Shown here piece by piece: positions 29,014-42,082 of a stretch of DNA of 64,000 nt. A program made the translations under genes and the position numbers. The notes under the pieces were generated by a model that did no database searches, was not told the origin of the DNA, and saw only the letters and a list, made by a program, of their open reading frames with translations. The stretch lies in NCBI RefSeq assembly GCF_009914755.1, contig NC_060927.1; one strand, 5' to 3'. Position 1 is the first letter of the stretch, and the number at the start of each line of letters is the position of its first letter. The DNA is from the human T2T-CHM13v2.0 reference genome, Homo sapiens.

Positions 29014-29372
29014 CAGCAGTTCTCAATCTTTTTGGCACCAGGGACCAATTTTGTGGAAGACAATTTTTCCATGAACTGAGGGTTGGGGTGGTGGGAGGGG
29101 ATGGTTTCAGGATGATTCAGGTGCATTACATTTATTGTGCACTTTATTTCTATTATTATTACATTGTAAGGTATAATGAAATAATTCTACAACTCACAGT
29201 AATCTAGAATCAGTGGGAGCCCTGAGCTTGTTTTCCTGCAACTAGATGGTTCCATCTGGAGGTGATGGGAGACAGTGAAAGATCACCAGGGATTAGATTC
29301 TCATAAAGAGTATCCAACCTAGATCTCTTATATGTGCAGTTCACAATAGGGTTTGCACTCCTATGAGAATGA
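29014..29372 (+). mobile_element. MER1A (partial)
   Basis: CTTTTTGGCACCAGGGACC...GTGGAAGACAATTTTTCCA...GAATCAGTGGGAGCCCTGAGC...TCACAATAGGGTTTGCACTCCTATGAGAAT. Confidence 0.88.
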
Positions 29373-32300
29373 TTGGGAGATATGGAAGACAGACTAGAGT
29401 ATACATGTTTTATAATCATTGAAATTGTCCAATGATTTTTTTTTTCTGTTATGGAGAGTACTCATGGCAAATCTACATAGTCAACTCTCAGAGTTGGAGA
29501 GTGGGGTTTTTTAAGCTGGATCCATACAACCTGCGAAATTATATATAAAATGATGTGAATGCATGCATTTTCCTAGGGAGAAGTTCTATGGCTTTTTCTA
29601 GATTATTGAAAAGGTCACTTTCAAAAGTGTTTAAGTAGTTGGGGCAGATGCAATGCCATGTGTTTCCTACATTCCGTTTCCATTTCCTCCTGGGCACAGA
29701 AGACTGTATTTCTCAGTCTCCTTTTCATTTAGGTGGGGCCATTTGACTTAGCTCTGGACAATAGATAGCGGGCAAAGTTCATGCCCAGTTCTTTAAAACT
29801 TCCCACTCTCTTCTCCATGTTCACTGTTTTCACTTATTTTAGAACAATAAATATTTACTTCCTGAGATATGGGTTTTTTGTTACAGAAGTTAGCCTATCC
29901 TGACCAATTTAAAATAATATCTGCCGAGTAAATGTAAATAGATAATCCATAAAGTTTGAAACATTATACTCATGACTACTGCACAAATCAAAATATCTCA
30001 AGTGTTTTGAAGGAGCTATTTCCTTAAAATATGTAATTCAGAATTGACATTGATAAATTTTGGGCTTTCCAGGTCTTCATGATTAATGGCATTAAAACTA
30101 CAAATAATGACATACTATTACAATTTTTTTTCAAGTAATTTCTAAAGAGATATTCAAGATCTAAATGTATATCCATATTCAAGTTCTATCCATTAAGGAC
30201 ATATTTATTTGAGTTTTCTGTAAAGGACACTTATATTGACAAGCTAATTTTTCTCCATATTTATATTTTGAATGAATCTGTAAATAGTTTGCTCTATTGG
30301 TGGCTTACTCTAAAAGCTTCAGTTCTCAAAATAAATTTCAGAGTCACTCTTTTAACCCTGAATGTACTTAAGAATAACATGAAGAAAATGTTAAATATAG
30401 GTATTTAAGCCTTATCCTAAGAATTTCAGATTTAGCTGGCGTTAACATTTTTGGAAAGCCTCCTAAGTGATTCTAACGTATAGCCCAGTGGAGAATAGTG
30501 GTCCATAGTATCACAGCTAATAACTTTGGCTTGGTTTCATCAGTTTTCAACGTCTGGTTCAAACTTACCTAGCTGCATCACCCACCATATTCCACCAATC
30601 TTAACCCACATATCTTATGCTCAATTATTATTGTCTTTATGATCCCCTTATCTTTCTTATCAAATATCTTCAGTAGTCTCTCATGCTCTCCTTTTAGATT
30701 CTACAATAGGAACAAACTGGAAATACAGCAGATAGATTACACCATGGTCATTCACAGTCCTATTCACCTTTGTTTTCCTCAAGTAGACAGACAAGAAAAC
30801 CAAAGTACTCATATTCTTGGTTTTGGAAGAGTTTTGAGTTGGTCAAGGGATACCATTTTTTGCTAATGACGTCAGCGTTCTTAGGCAGAATTCTCTTTAT
30901 TGAAATAAAGCAAAATCTCTTCAAGGAAAAAAAGAATAACCTATGCCTCTTTGTGTTCTCTCTTCCTTCCTGCTGGTACTACAGATGTGAGGTTTAGTAG
31001 CAGAGCAACCATCTTGTGATCATGAGGCAAACAAAATGAAGGTTAAGGCCTACAGGTTGAGGATGGAAAGATAGAAGAGCCTGTATCCCTGTTGATACCA
31101 CTGAACCGCCATGGCACTCTTGGACCACCATACCAAAATATGTTTATAGCCACTGTGGTAGGCTTTTCTGTGATTTCTAGCAAAATATATTCCTATATAA
31201 AATTACTATGATTATATTTTGAGCTCTTTGATTAATCAGATTAAAAATTCAATTCAATCATCTTCAAATATAGCAGCTATCAAGGGTAATTTTGATATCA
31301 GAATTGAAAAGAAACAATATGCTACAACACAATGATTAACTTTATAATGAGCAGAAGTTAGAAAGACTTATTAGCTAAGTAGGGGAAATGCTGGGATCAC
31401 AATTTGGAGATGCCTAGAAAAGTGTTTTTCCTTTGTTTTTGTAAAAAGGCTTTAAAATATGCTATTTCTTTAGTGTCTGTGGTTTTTAAATTTTTGTCAC
31501 AGCTCTATCAGCCCTTTCATTTGTTCATTCATTTATTAAATCAGTGTGACACCTTAGATTTACAAAATGGCTGGTGGCAGAATCTAAATAATTCACTCGA
31601 GATTAACAAGTCTTTTAAATGAACATGATTTTGCTTATTCATGGGCTGCATAAATTCATGACAAAGTACAGGTCCTTCTTGCAAAGGATGCACATTGCAT
31701 TAGTAATCCAGGAATATTTCTTTGATGAATTCAGTTAAAATTGACTCAGTTGTTAGAGCCTATGGGATAATGAGAAAACTGATCCCGCCAAAATCCAGAT
31801 ATTTTGTGTGACATATTGTACATTTGAAATATATCCTTTGTTATGCATATCCCCATTGAAGTCAAATGGCTGGGTTCAATAATCAAATGGATCTGGAAAC
31901 CCAAGTATGCTTTTTTTGGGTAATGAAAATGGGTCTATAAAACATTTACGACAAAGTTCAAAATCTAAGATTAATACAAAAGGGTTTGAAAGCAATCACC
32001 AGGTAAGTACAAATTTAGCGTAGGAAATGAAAGGCAAAGATGGGGAAAGAAAATGAAGAGAAGCACTGAGCGGAAAGGGATTTGAAAGGAACATTAATAC
32101 TTTGCATAATGAAAAAGAATATATGTAGATGATAGTGAATATGGTAATGGTGGAGAATAACTGATGGAGTTACTTCAATCCACACTAGAGAAAATTGATA
32201 ATAAATAAAAGTCAGTTGGCAGATCTGTGGGTGTTCTGCACTTTTAAAAGACCCATAAATCAAGGGCTTGTAAGTTTCAGGATGAGAAAATCATGTGGGG

Positions 32301-33329
32301 CCTGCATCTAATTTCTCAGACTTAAGGAAAATGTATGTCATGTCTATGGCAAAACAAAAACAAATCCAGGAGAGCTATTTCACAAACACCAATGAATATA
32401 CAGATCATCAAAAATTGCCTTCTAAAAATATATTTAAAGAAATTTAAAAGCGATAAGACCCTCATTATTTCCATTTCTTTGCAGATTGCCAATGTGCCTC
32501 TATTATTGTATGCTCTTTTCCTTTCAGTACATGCTAATGAGAAAACAATATGCATATGTATGACCTGGGTAGAGCTACATATGTGAGACAATTCTCTATG
32601 CATTGATTTGCCAGCTTCATTTCTGTCGGTGTCACATATTTGAAGATCTAGAAGAAAGTGCTGGAGGAGGAAATTTCACCCAATCACAGTCACCCAGTGT
32701 GTACTCAAGAAGTCAGGTCATGTTTCATAACTACTACCACAAAATGATGGAACTGTCTGGGACTCTGAAAACCTGATCATTCTTCTTTTACTAATCACTC
32801 CATTCTCAAAAATCAACATTGTTTTTGGTTAGGTCCTTGTATGACAGCTGGATTGTGCATTCTCTTATCATTAGCTTTAAGACTTATCCCTGTTCTTTGC
32901 ACACATGATAAACAACATTTTTAATAACAATTTCCAGTGAACGAATGTGACCAACTCTATGAAGGAGAGAAGAAAGAACTACCCCAAACACTGAAGAGTT
33001 TTGGCAAGCATTAATAAATTTGGCCATAGTTCTATGGAATATAACATCAAACATAATTTAATTTCATTTTTTAAGAGATAACCAGTGTTAATGAAATTGG
33101 ATTTCAATTAATGCCCAAATCCTTGCATGCTTCATTTTTCTAAGTGGTTAAGGTTTTTTTTGTACAACCTGGGTTCAAATACCAGACATCGGAGCTTGGG
33201 CAAATGAATTAACCAAGAATTTTCTCTTTTGTCCAAAAGAGATAATAATAAAACCTAGTTCAAAGAGTTGCTATAAGATTTGTATGAGATCATGAATGTA
33301 CATCACCCTTTCCCAGTACACTAGCTCAC

Positions 33330-35260
33330 TTGCTTTTAGGTCGTGAAACACAGATTAGGTGATTGGTGAGGAAAGATAGCCTGTGCCTGTTAATGATAGG
33401 ACCGAGTATATTGGGTTAGTTTTTTATAATATTGAACTTGTAAAAGATTGGAGTCAAGTATAGGTGACATTATCCCTTAGCACACGTTTCTGGCAGTGAC
33501 TAGTTCATGGTTCGCAATAAGAGAATGTTTGAGATCCTGAAGGGAAAAGGAGATAGGACGAAAAGAACTTAGAGCAGGATGTGTGACTATGGGAGCTGAA
33601 AGGCACTGATTGGTTAGGTAATTTCAGTTTTAATGTTTTACTTGTGTTTTTCTACTTTTTCAGATTATTGAGAATAACAAAAACAGTGAAGACTTTGAGT
33701 AAGGGGCAAGACCTTACATAATTTACAAATAACTGCACCAGTAAAATGTCTTTTTCAATCATTTCATAGGTAAATTGGAGTGTCCCAGGTAGGGGTCACA
33801 ATTAGTTTAAGGTCTTCACTGGCTTCAGCTTTAAGAAGCCATTGAGAAAATTTAGGTAAAGTTTTAGAAAAATCAATCTAGAGTCTAGAAAAAAAAACTA
33901 GAGTCTTCTCTAGTTATTTTTGCCTACGTATGAAGAATCTTTTGTCCATAGTGTTTCTGGAACCACAGCTAAATTCTAAGATTTTTTTGAATCATACATA
34001 ATGAGGATGTATTAATATCCATATCAGCCATAATTTCATTGTGTGCAGGAGAATTTCCTGAAACATCTAAAAATAATACTTCTGTAGTATGTTTAATCTG
34101 GCAGTTCCACTGGCAAAGTAGATCTTTACCTATTAAATTTGCAAAAGTTGTGTCAGGAAAGAAAGGAGGGTTTTTCCAATATTGGTCTCAAAGTAACAAT
34201 TTTATGTTGGAACACTGGAAAAGCTTTAGAATCACTAGAAAATCCCACCATTTTAGTAGTTTTAGTGCTCTAAAGGATGAGATCTGCTTCTTTAGTGGGA
34301 TTGATGGTGTACAGAGTGGCACTGATCAACAAGAAAAGTGTATTGTTGTTCATTTATATTTGTAAACAATTCCCCTCTGGAGTTTAGTGAAAGGACAGGA
34401 ATTGGCAGCTTCCAATAGTTTTCTTGGAGCGGTATCTTTCAACAGATTTGTACAGTTGTCTTTTTGTTTCTCAACCAATAAGTGACATGGGTCTTCCAAT
34501 AACACTTTTGTTTGCAATATCTGTAAGTGTCCTCATTTACAGGTTCTTGATTCTTAGAGAACAGAGTATCCTTGGCTCTTTGGGTGGTTAGTTGTTTTAT
34601 CTGAGAATCAGATATTTGTTTTTATTTCTAGCTTATTTACTTTCTAGAACTTCTTGACAATACTCAGCTACATGTTGCAGATCTTCTAAACTGGAGATAT
34701 CTCACTCCAATTATTTTTCTGACCAAGTCCCCATTTCAGATTTGAGTCCATTACAAAAGACAGGATAGGTTCTATTGACTTCCACTGTTGAGTCTACTCC
34801 CAGAATATTGCTTGAAAGTTACCTGAAGTCTATTTTTAAAGTCTCCCAGTTACTCAAACTTTATTTTTGTTTATAATTTTGAATCTTTGAACAATCTTCT
34901 TTTAAGGGAAAGGCTTTTGGATGTCATGTAGTGTATTTTATATTTTTCTTATGTATGGCCAGTTTTTGAATTGTGCACAGTTGGGGAATTTAAATATTAT
35001 TCTGTTCTTTCCTCTCTCACTATTTTCAATTATTTTCTAAGCCTTGAATGCTTACAATTCAGTGAACTAGTTGGTTCAGATATAGTAGTCTAGGATAGTA
35101 AATATCTTACAAACTCTGGAATTCCATACTAATTTTTCTGGTCTGTCTTCCTTGAGGAGTAGTCATTACACCCCTTAATTCTGCTTGAACTGGAGTTTAA
35201 ATTCATCCTGTATAGATCTGCCTTCTGGTTTAGCAATTTTAAGGGAATATTGTGCAATGT
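33330..35260 (-). mobile_element. Decayed class I ERV internal region: gag(CA-NC)-pro-(RT N-terminus fused to)-integrase; may extend to about 35700
   Basis: Hand translation through frameshifts gives gag PKAFPLKEDCSKIQNYKQK...GDFKNRLQVTFKQYSG (MHR), a degenerate CCHC DTYRYCKQK.YWK, protease FLVD[TG]ATLYTINP...NLIGKDLLCQW, RT start LPKFSQWLLKAEA...TPI, and integrase D*KRHFTGAVICKLCKVLPLTQSLHC...SEKVEK, all in retroviral order. Confidence 0.85.
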
Positions 35261-37968
35261 GATTGTTTTATAAGTTCAGATTCCTTCTGTCATCGTCTGT
35301 TTAATTGGTGTTTCTTTTCCAAAAGTCATCAGGGGAATCTGGTTGCAATCCTGCCACAATGAGTTAGTGTTTAGAATGTGTGAGGAATATGACTTTTTCC
35401 CTAAAGTATACTCTTATTTCCTTGAACACTCATAAGTTTTCTATCTCTTGATATATTTGAATGATCTTAAATTCTGTTGGTTTGGGAAGATCTATTAATG
35501 AACTGAACTAGCTTTTCTAATTTAAGAATTTTGTCCCCAACAATCATTCCTTATTCAGGCATTCCCTTTTCCTGTTTCTGGAGTAAAATAGTGTGAGGGA
35601 TGGAAGGCAAATCAGTTTTCGTTTCTGTTTGTCTCAACTGATGGTCTCCTTTCTGAAAAGATTTCCAGGCTCATATTGAGGACTGGCAATGGGAATAGGG
35701 AAAACTTTCTTAAAAAAAATCTATAAACTGTAAATTTTGTGAAAATCAATAAAATTAATCTAAAGTATATGTCAAGGTTCTAAATAATTGCTATAATATA
35801 CTGTCGTAAAAGTGGTCAAATCTGCTGGTCACTCTTCCCTCTGGATCTCTTGATACTTTCTCCTGAGAGGTGGAAAGGAAAACGACTGACTTCAGCTCAG
35901 GCACCTCAAGGGGGCTTCAAATTTGCAAGCATTTGACTTGTGATTGCAGGACTCTACTTTTCTAGAATAGTTTTTAGAAACATGGACTTTTCCCATAGGT
36001 TCCTTCTAGGGATTTATGGCTCCTCAAATCTGCATTTGTGTGTACAGTTTCATTTTTCATTTGCTCTTTATTTCTCCTTCTATGATACAGTCACACTGAA
36101 ACTGGAATTCCTCAGACACAGTTTCCTCTACCTAAGACTTCAAAATGTGTTCTCCTTTTTGGAAAATATTCCCTTCCCCTCGTCTCATCTTTTACCCCAT
36201 TGGCCTGGTAAATGTAATTCAACTATCAGGCCTCATCTTAAACAGTTATTCCTTCTGTTTAATACTTTCCTTTGTTATTGAATCTGTAAGAGCCTCAATG
36301 GGTTTGTTCTTTGCTGTCTTTGCAGTGATAACCCAGCCCCTGGTATACAATGAATGCTAAAAAATGTGTTAAATAAATAACTAATACAATATGTAATAGG
36401 TTATTAGGTCAAAAAGGGAAATTGGAAGGTTACCTGTGGATAATGCCATATCAAATGTTTCATCACCTGCAAAATACCACTCAAATAGCTTTGAAAAGAA
36501 AAATGTTACCCAATATTGGCACTAAATTCACTAGGCTATTACAAAAAAGATTCTACTATTGGACATGTATATTCAAGGAATTAGTTGGTGTATAGATTAG
36601 AGAGTGTTTAGAGGAACTTTAGGCAGTTTCTCCACATTTAAAAGAGGAGGAGGACAATTTTAAGTTTTACTTGTAATAATTTATTCAGGAAAGTTTATTC
36701 ATATAATATCACAGTCAGTGAAATGGAATAATTCAACAGATATTTAGAAATATTTGAGTGCTCATACATTATGTAAGGGCTGGTAAATGAATGAATGCAA
36801 TGAATAATCCACAAACTGGTTATTATTTAATAACTTTTAACTCCACTGTCCTCTACCACCTAACAATTGTTTTGGTGTCGAGTACAAGTCACAGACCACA
36901 AACCAAGAAATGTAAGAACTGGTAACAATTTTAGTTTTTAGAACTTGAGTGTTTTAGAACTTAATGTCTATGACAAGATTCTATTTTTCTAAGTGGTAAA
37001 AAAAAATTAATTTCAATGAATTCAGGGCTTCCCTATTTCCTCCCTTTCTGGGGTTGTATCTAAATTCCAGTGGGTGTCTGTAATGTCACAACATATTAAC
37101 TTAGAGCGTGAGTGGGCACAAGCTTGTTTGGGTCATTATTAGCTCTTAGCACTGGCATTTGCTGGTAAGTTGCCATTCCTATATGGACTTTGGCCATTAG
37201 TCCATGTGGCTACTGTGATTCCTCCTTGTTTCTAACTGCCAGACATTTTCCAATCCTTCTTCTCTCTGTCATCTGGGGGCACGTGGTAGACCATCCCCCA
37301 TTCCTGCACTACTCTGAGTACTGGGGATCTCTGCTCCTATGCTCCCTGGCCCTTCCAGACTCTGTGGTGGTCACTGAAACTCTCTAAGGAGGTCTCAGTC
37401 CCATCTGCCTAGAGAAAAATTTTCTGCATTCACACTGTGCTGGGTGGAAAAAATAAACAATATCTGGCCATCTTTTGGGCTTCAGCTAGTGTATTATGAT
37501 AGTAGTTGAGCTGTTTTATGAGACATGAAAATAATGTCACTTGAATATGGTAGATGTTCATCTCTCCTTCATGTGAAAATACTGGAAGGTGGTTCTGTGC
37601 TAATATGGTGTTCCAAGGCTGATACAATCCTTTAAATATGTCATTATCAAGGCTTCATTACCTTGTTGCTCTGCTATCCTCATGCTGTGGCTTTATCTCA
37701 TAGACCAGTTTTCACTATTCTTTTTCGTTTAAGTCATGAGGGAGAGGGAAGATAGGCCATACTTAGTCACATGATCAAAGCCAGCTGCATAGAATGCCAG
37801 GAAATACAGTCCTTTGACTGAAAGGCTTTGTGGTGATTAAAATGCGCAATCTCTATTACTAACGAAGAGAGAGAGAGAGAGAAGATAGATATGGTGTACG
37901 TATTGAGGGTAACCAAGGAGAATCTGCTACACCTGGGACAAGGTCCTTCCTTCCTGTTCTAGGTTTTC

Positions 37969-38246
37969 TTTTTTCTTTTCTTTTTTTTTTTTAAATTTTA
38001 TTTTAAGTTCTGGAATACATGTGTAGGATGTGCAGGTTTGTTACATAGGCAAAAGTGTACCATGGTGGTTTGCTGCATCTATCAATCTGTCACCTACATA
38101 TTGAGCCCCACATGCATTAGCTATTTATCCTGACGCTCTCTCTCCCCTCACCCCGAGGGGACCCGACAGGCCCTGGTGTGTGTTGTTCCCCTTCCGGTGT
38201 CCATGGGTTCTCATTGTTCAGCTCCCACTTATGAGTGGAGAACATG
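37969..38246 (-). mobile_element. L1PA10-like 3' end, 5'-truncated
   Basis: Antisense L1 3' UTR with poly-T; perfect 15 bp TSD CTGTTCTAGGTTTTC (37954-37968, 38247-38261). Confidence 0.92.
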
Positions 38247-39793
38247 CTGTTCTAGGTTTTCCATTGTCCCCACCTTGGGGCTCAGCCAAGGGTTCAGGGG
38301 TCCTTCTTGAAGCCCACCCATATCCACATTCTTTTTCCCCACTAATTCTCCTGTTTTAGCAGCCCTTGGTTATGAATGTGGTGGGGTTTAGGGAGAAGGA
38401 CCAAAGGTCAGAAAGTATTCTTTCATAAAGCACTCATCTTTTGTCATTACACGATTATGCTATCTTAAAAGCCAAAAGCCAAAAATTGATCATTTTGTGT
38501 TCTTCTGAGTCATCCTTTTTATTCTTTCCTGAGATCTTGAACATAAAACACTTAAGCTAGGGCCTAAATGGGGAAGAGCCATGAAATAGCAATAAATATT
38601 AGAAACAAAAACACATAGGTCAAGACATCAAAGCATTATCTGATTACGTATGAATAATCTGAACTCTAATTTCAAATAACTTAAGTTTGAAATTTTGGTT
38701 CTGTTGCTTTCAATTAACTTTAACAAATTCCTGAGTTTCAATATTTTCTTCCACAGCTGTCTATATAGAAAGAGGTCATAGGGACTATTAAAATGTGACT
38801 AATTATGCTTTCTGAGAGCAAAGCAAATAACTACTAGAAAAGAAATTTCCTGCAAGGAGTTTAACAGGGTATGGTATTTTCCCTCCATGACTGACAGTCT
38901 TTCCTTCTAAGTATAGGCAATGCTGAAATCTGGATTAAAATTTAAACTTTTGTAATAAAAATATAATTTGAAACACCTCAATTCGTATATATATTAATGT
39001 GCTCAAGAAAAATTGACTTTTTAGCAAATGTCTTAAAAGAGTAGCAGAATATGCATAACTAAAGAATGGCTTCATCATTTCACTGTGGGACTGGTAGGGT
39101 TAAGTTCCCAGTGCTTCTAGAGAATAATGAGAAATCATATGTTTGTTTTATTTTCCTCTTGCATTTGTTGTGAATGGAATTTCAAACGTGTCCAATAAAT
39201 TCTTCAAGTATATAAAACTGTTTTAAATAGTTATTTTTCTAACATGACCTCAAATTAAACACCTGTCCATAAATGGCAGCTGGTTTTTTAATAAAAAAAT
39301 GATTATAAGAACTAATCTCACAGACAACAGGCTTTTGACTCGAAGGTAATTTAACAAAGGTATTTCTTCATTTGCTGACTGTGTACTGAATTGTGCCTGA
39401 GACATTAGTCCTATCTTTTTATTTAAGAACTGCTGTCAAGGGACAACTTATAAAAATAGAATCTCATTAGTATTAATCTTAATAGTTCACTCACAAAGCT
39501 CATACATGTAATTCTGTCTGACTATTCTCCATGTCACAGAAATGGCTTCCTAGCTCTGATTTTCATAATGAAGCTTCAACCAGTCATCTCCCAATTAGAT
39601 TATTCTGCATATAGAATGGAATTTAATGTATTCCGAATGAGAATGATACTACTGGAAGGGATATGAGTGTTCAAAGTCTGGCCCTTTTGTTTTACAGATG
39701 AGGAAACAGAATTTATGTGACTAGTTCAAGGTTACACAGCTATGCTATATGTATTTTAAATTATAATGAAAATAAGGCATGTGTTAATAAGTA

Positions 39794-39983
39794 CATATTT
39801 CCAAAGCTTAGATTTAGAATAACTTCATAAATATGATGGAGTTGCATCTTTCTGGTTGTTAGTCTAAAGATATCAGGTAGGTGAAAAGCATATTTCCAAA
39901 GCTTAGATTTAGAACAATTTCATAAATATGATGGAGTTGCATCTCCCTGCGGCGTTAGTCTAAAGATATCAGGTAGGTGAAAA
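39794..39983. repeat. Tandem duplication, 2 x ~95 bp, ~92% identical
   Basis: CATATTTCCAAAGCTTAG...CAGGTAGGTGAAAA at 39794-39888 and 39889-39983. Confidence 0.95.
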
Positions 39984-40930
39984 TCACATATGGTCAAATT
40001 ACTATTGTCTTTCACTTCATTTCTCAACATTGTAGTCATTAGAGTGCTTGGCACCACGGCTTAATGAATTTCTGTTCTCTATATTTTTGGTAATGTAGAT
40101 GCAAAATTGGCTACCACATTGGAAACTGATATTGAATTTCTCAACGAGTCCAACAGAGTCAGTTTTCCTCCAACACTGAAACAGACCTTGCTTTCTTCAG
40201 TTGAGCAACAACTAAAGATTATGGACCCAGCTCGTGTGGAGGTGCCATATTGCATAAACAGTGCATACAGTGAGCCCTCGCATTCACACTCAGCATGATG
40301 TGATTACGACAGTATGTATTTCCATAGGGACTAAATCATGCTTAGGCAGAGCAGTTTTACATCTTTCTCATGCCCATTCACTTTAGGGCATGTGTTTGTT
40401 GGGTGGCATTGTCAGCATTGTTTAATTATTTACCTCTTTTGCATTATTTAAATTGGTTGTCTCTTTGCTTTATTTTTCTTTTATAGGAGAAGTGACGATA
40501 TTTAATAAAATTTAATGTGATGGTGCAACTTCAATGTATATCTATATACTCATAGTAGTTTTAGTGATGTTCTATTCAGTTCAATAAACATTTATTAGAG
40601 GCTTATTTTATGTTTGCAAGTATACAACATTTATGTAAAATCTTAGGACCAATCAGGAAAGACTCATGGGAAAGTCCTGAATCAGCTACCAGTTCTCATC
40701 TTTCTTCCTCTGACTCATACATGACTCTTCTGTCCTTTAAATAAGAGAGTGATGCTTTATTTGAAGGCTAGTGATAGTGACTTGTGGAGTGAGTAAAAGT
40801 ACAGCTCCTTATGGTGAAGGTGTAGAAGAGGACCAAGGAGATGTACAGTCAGCCCTGCACATTTTATACTTGATTATATTCCATCATGTGCATATTTTTA
40901 CTGTTGTACTACAGATACCCACCCTAATCA

Positions 40931-42082
40931 TTTTTATTTAGTTATTTTTTATTTTATTTTAAATTCTGGGATACATGTGCAGAACACGCAGATTTATTAC
41001 ATAGGTATACATGTATCATGGTGGTTTGCTGCACCTATCAACCTGTCATCTAGGTTTTAAGCCCCACATGCATTAGGTGTTTGTCCTAATGCTCTCCCTC
41101 CCCTTGCCCTCCACCCACCAACAGGCCCCGCTATATGATGTTCCCCTCCCTGTGTCCATGTGTTCTCATTGTTCAACTCCCACTTATGAGTGAGAACATG
41201 TGGTGTTTGTTTTTCTCTTCCTGTGTTAGTTTGCTGAGAATAATGGCTTCCAGCTTTGTCCATGTCCCTGCAAAGGACATGAACTCATTCTTTTTATGGC
41301 TGCATAGTATTCCATGGTGTATATATGCCACATTTTCTTTATCCAGTCTATTATTGATGGGCATTTGGGTTGGTTCCAAGTCTTTGCTATTGTAAATAGT
41401 GCTGCAATAAACATATGTGTGCATGTGTCTTTATAGTAGAATGATTTATAATCCTTTGGGTATATATCCGGTAATGGGATTGCTGGATCAAATGGTATTT
41501 CTGGTTCTAGATCCTTGAGGAATTGCCACACTGTCTTCCACAATGGTCAAAGTAGTTTACAGTCCCACCAATAGTGTAAAAGTGTTCCTATTTCTCCACA
41601 GCCTAAATTTCATGCTCATGGATAGGAAGAATCAATATCATGAAAATGTCCATACTCCCCAAAGAAATTTATAGATTCAATGCTATTCCCATCAAGCTAC
41701 CGTTGACTTTCTTTACAGAATTGGAAAAAAAACTACTTTACATTTCATAGGAACCAAAAGAGAGCCTGTATGGCCAAGACAATCCTAAGCCAAAAGAACA
41801 AAGCTGGAGGCATCATGCTACCTGACTTCAAACTATACTACAAGGCTACAGTAACCAAAACAGCATGGTACTGGTACCAAAACAGATATATAGACCAATG
41901 GAACAGAACAGAGACCTCAGAAATAACACCACGCATCTACAACCATCTGATCTTTGACAAACCTGACAAAAACAAGCAAGGGGGAAAGGATTCCCTATTT
42001 AATAAATGGTGCTGGGAAAACTGGCTAGCCATATGAGGAAAACAGAAACTGGACCCCTTCCTTCCACCTTATACAAAAAGTA
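40931..42082 (-). mobile_element. L1PA7/8-like element with 5' inversion (twin priming)
   Basis: Minus-strand 3' end 40931-41604 joined to plus-strand ORF2 piece 41605-42082; TSD ACCCTAATCA at 40921 and 42083. Confidence 0.9.

Noticed and set aside
39794-39983. Tandem units as box C/D snoRNAs or a CRISPR-like array
   Set aside because: ATGATGG is not a proper C box, there is no terminal CTGA or stem, there are only two units without spacers, and the DNA is eukaryotic.
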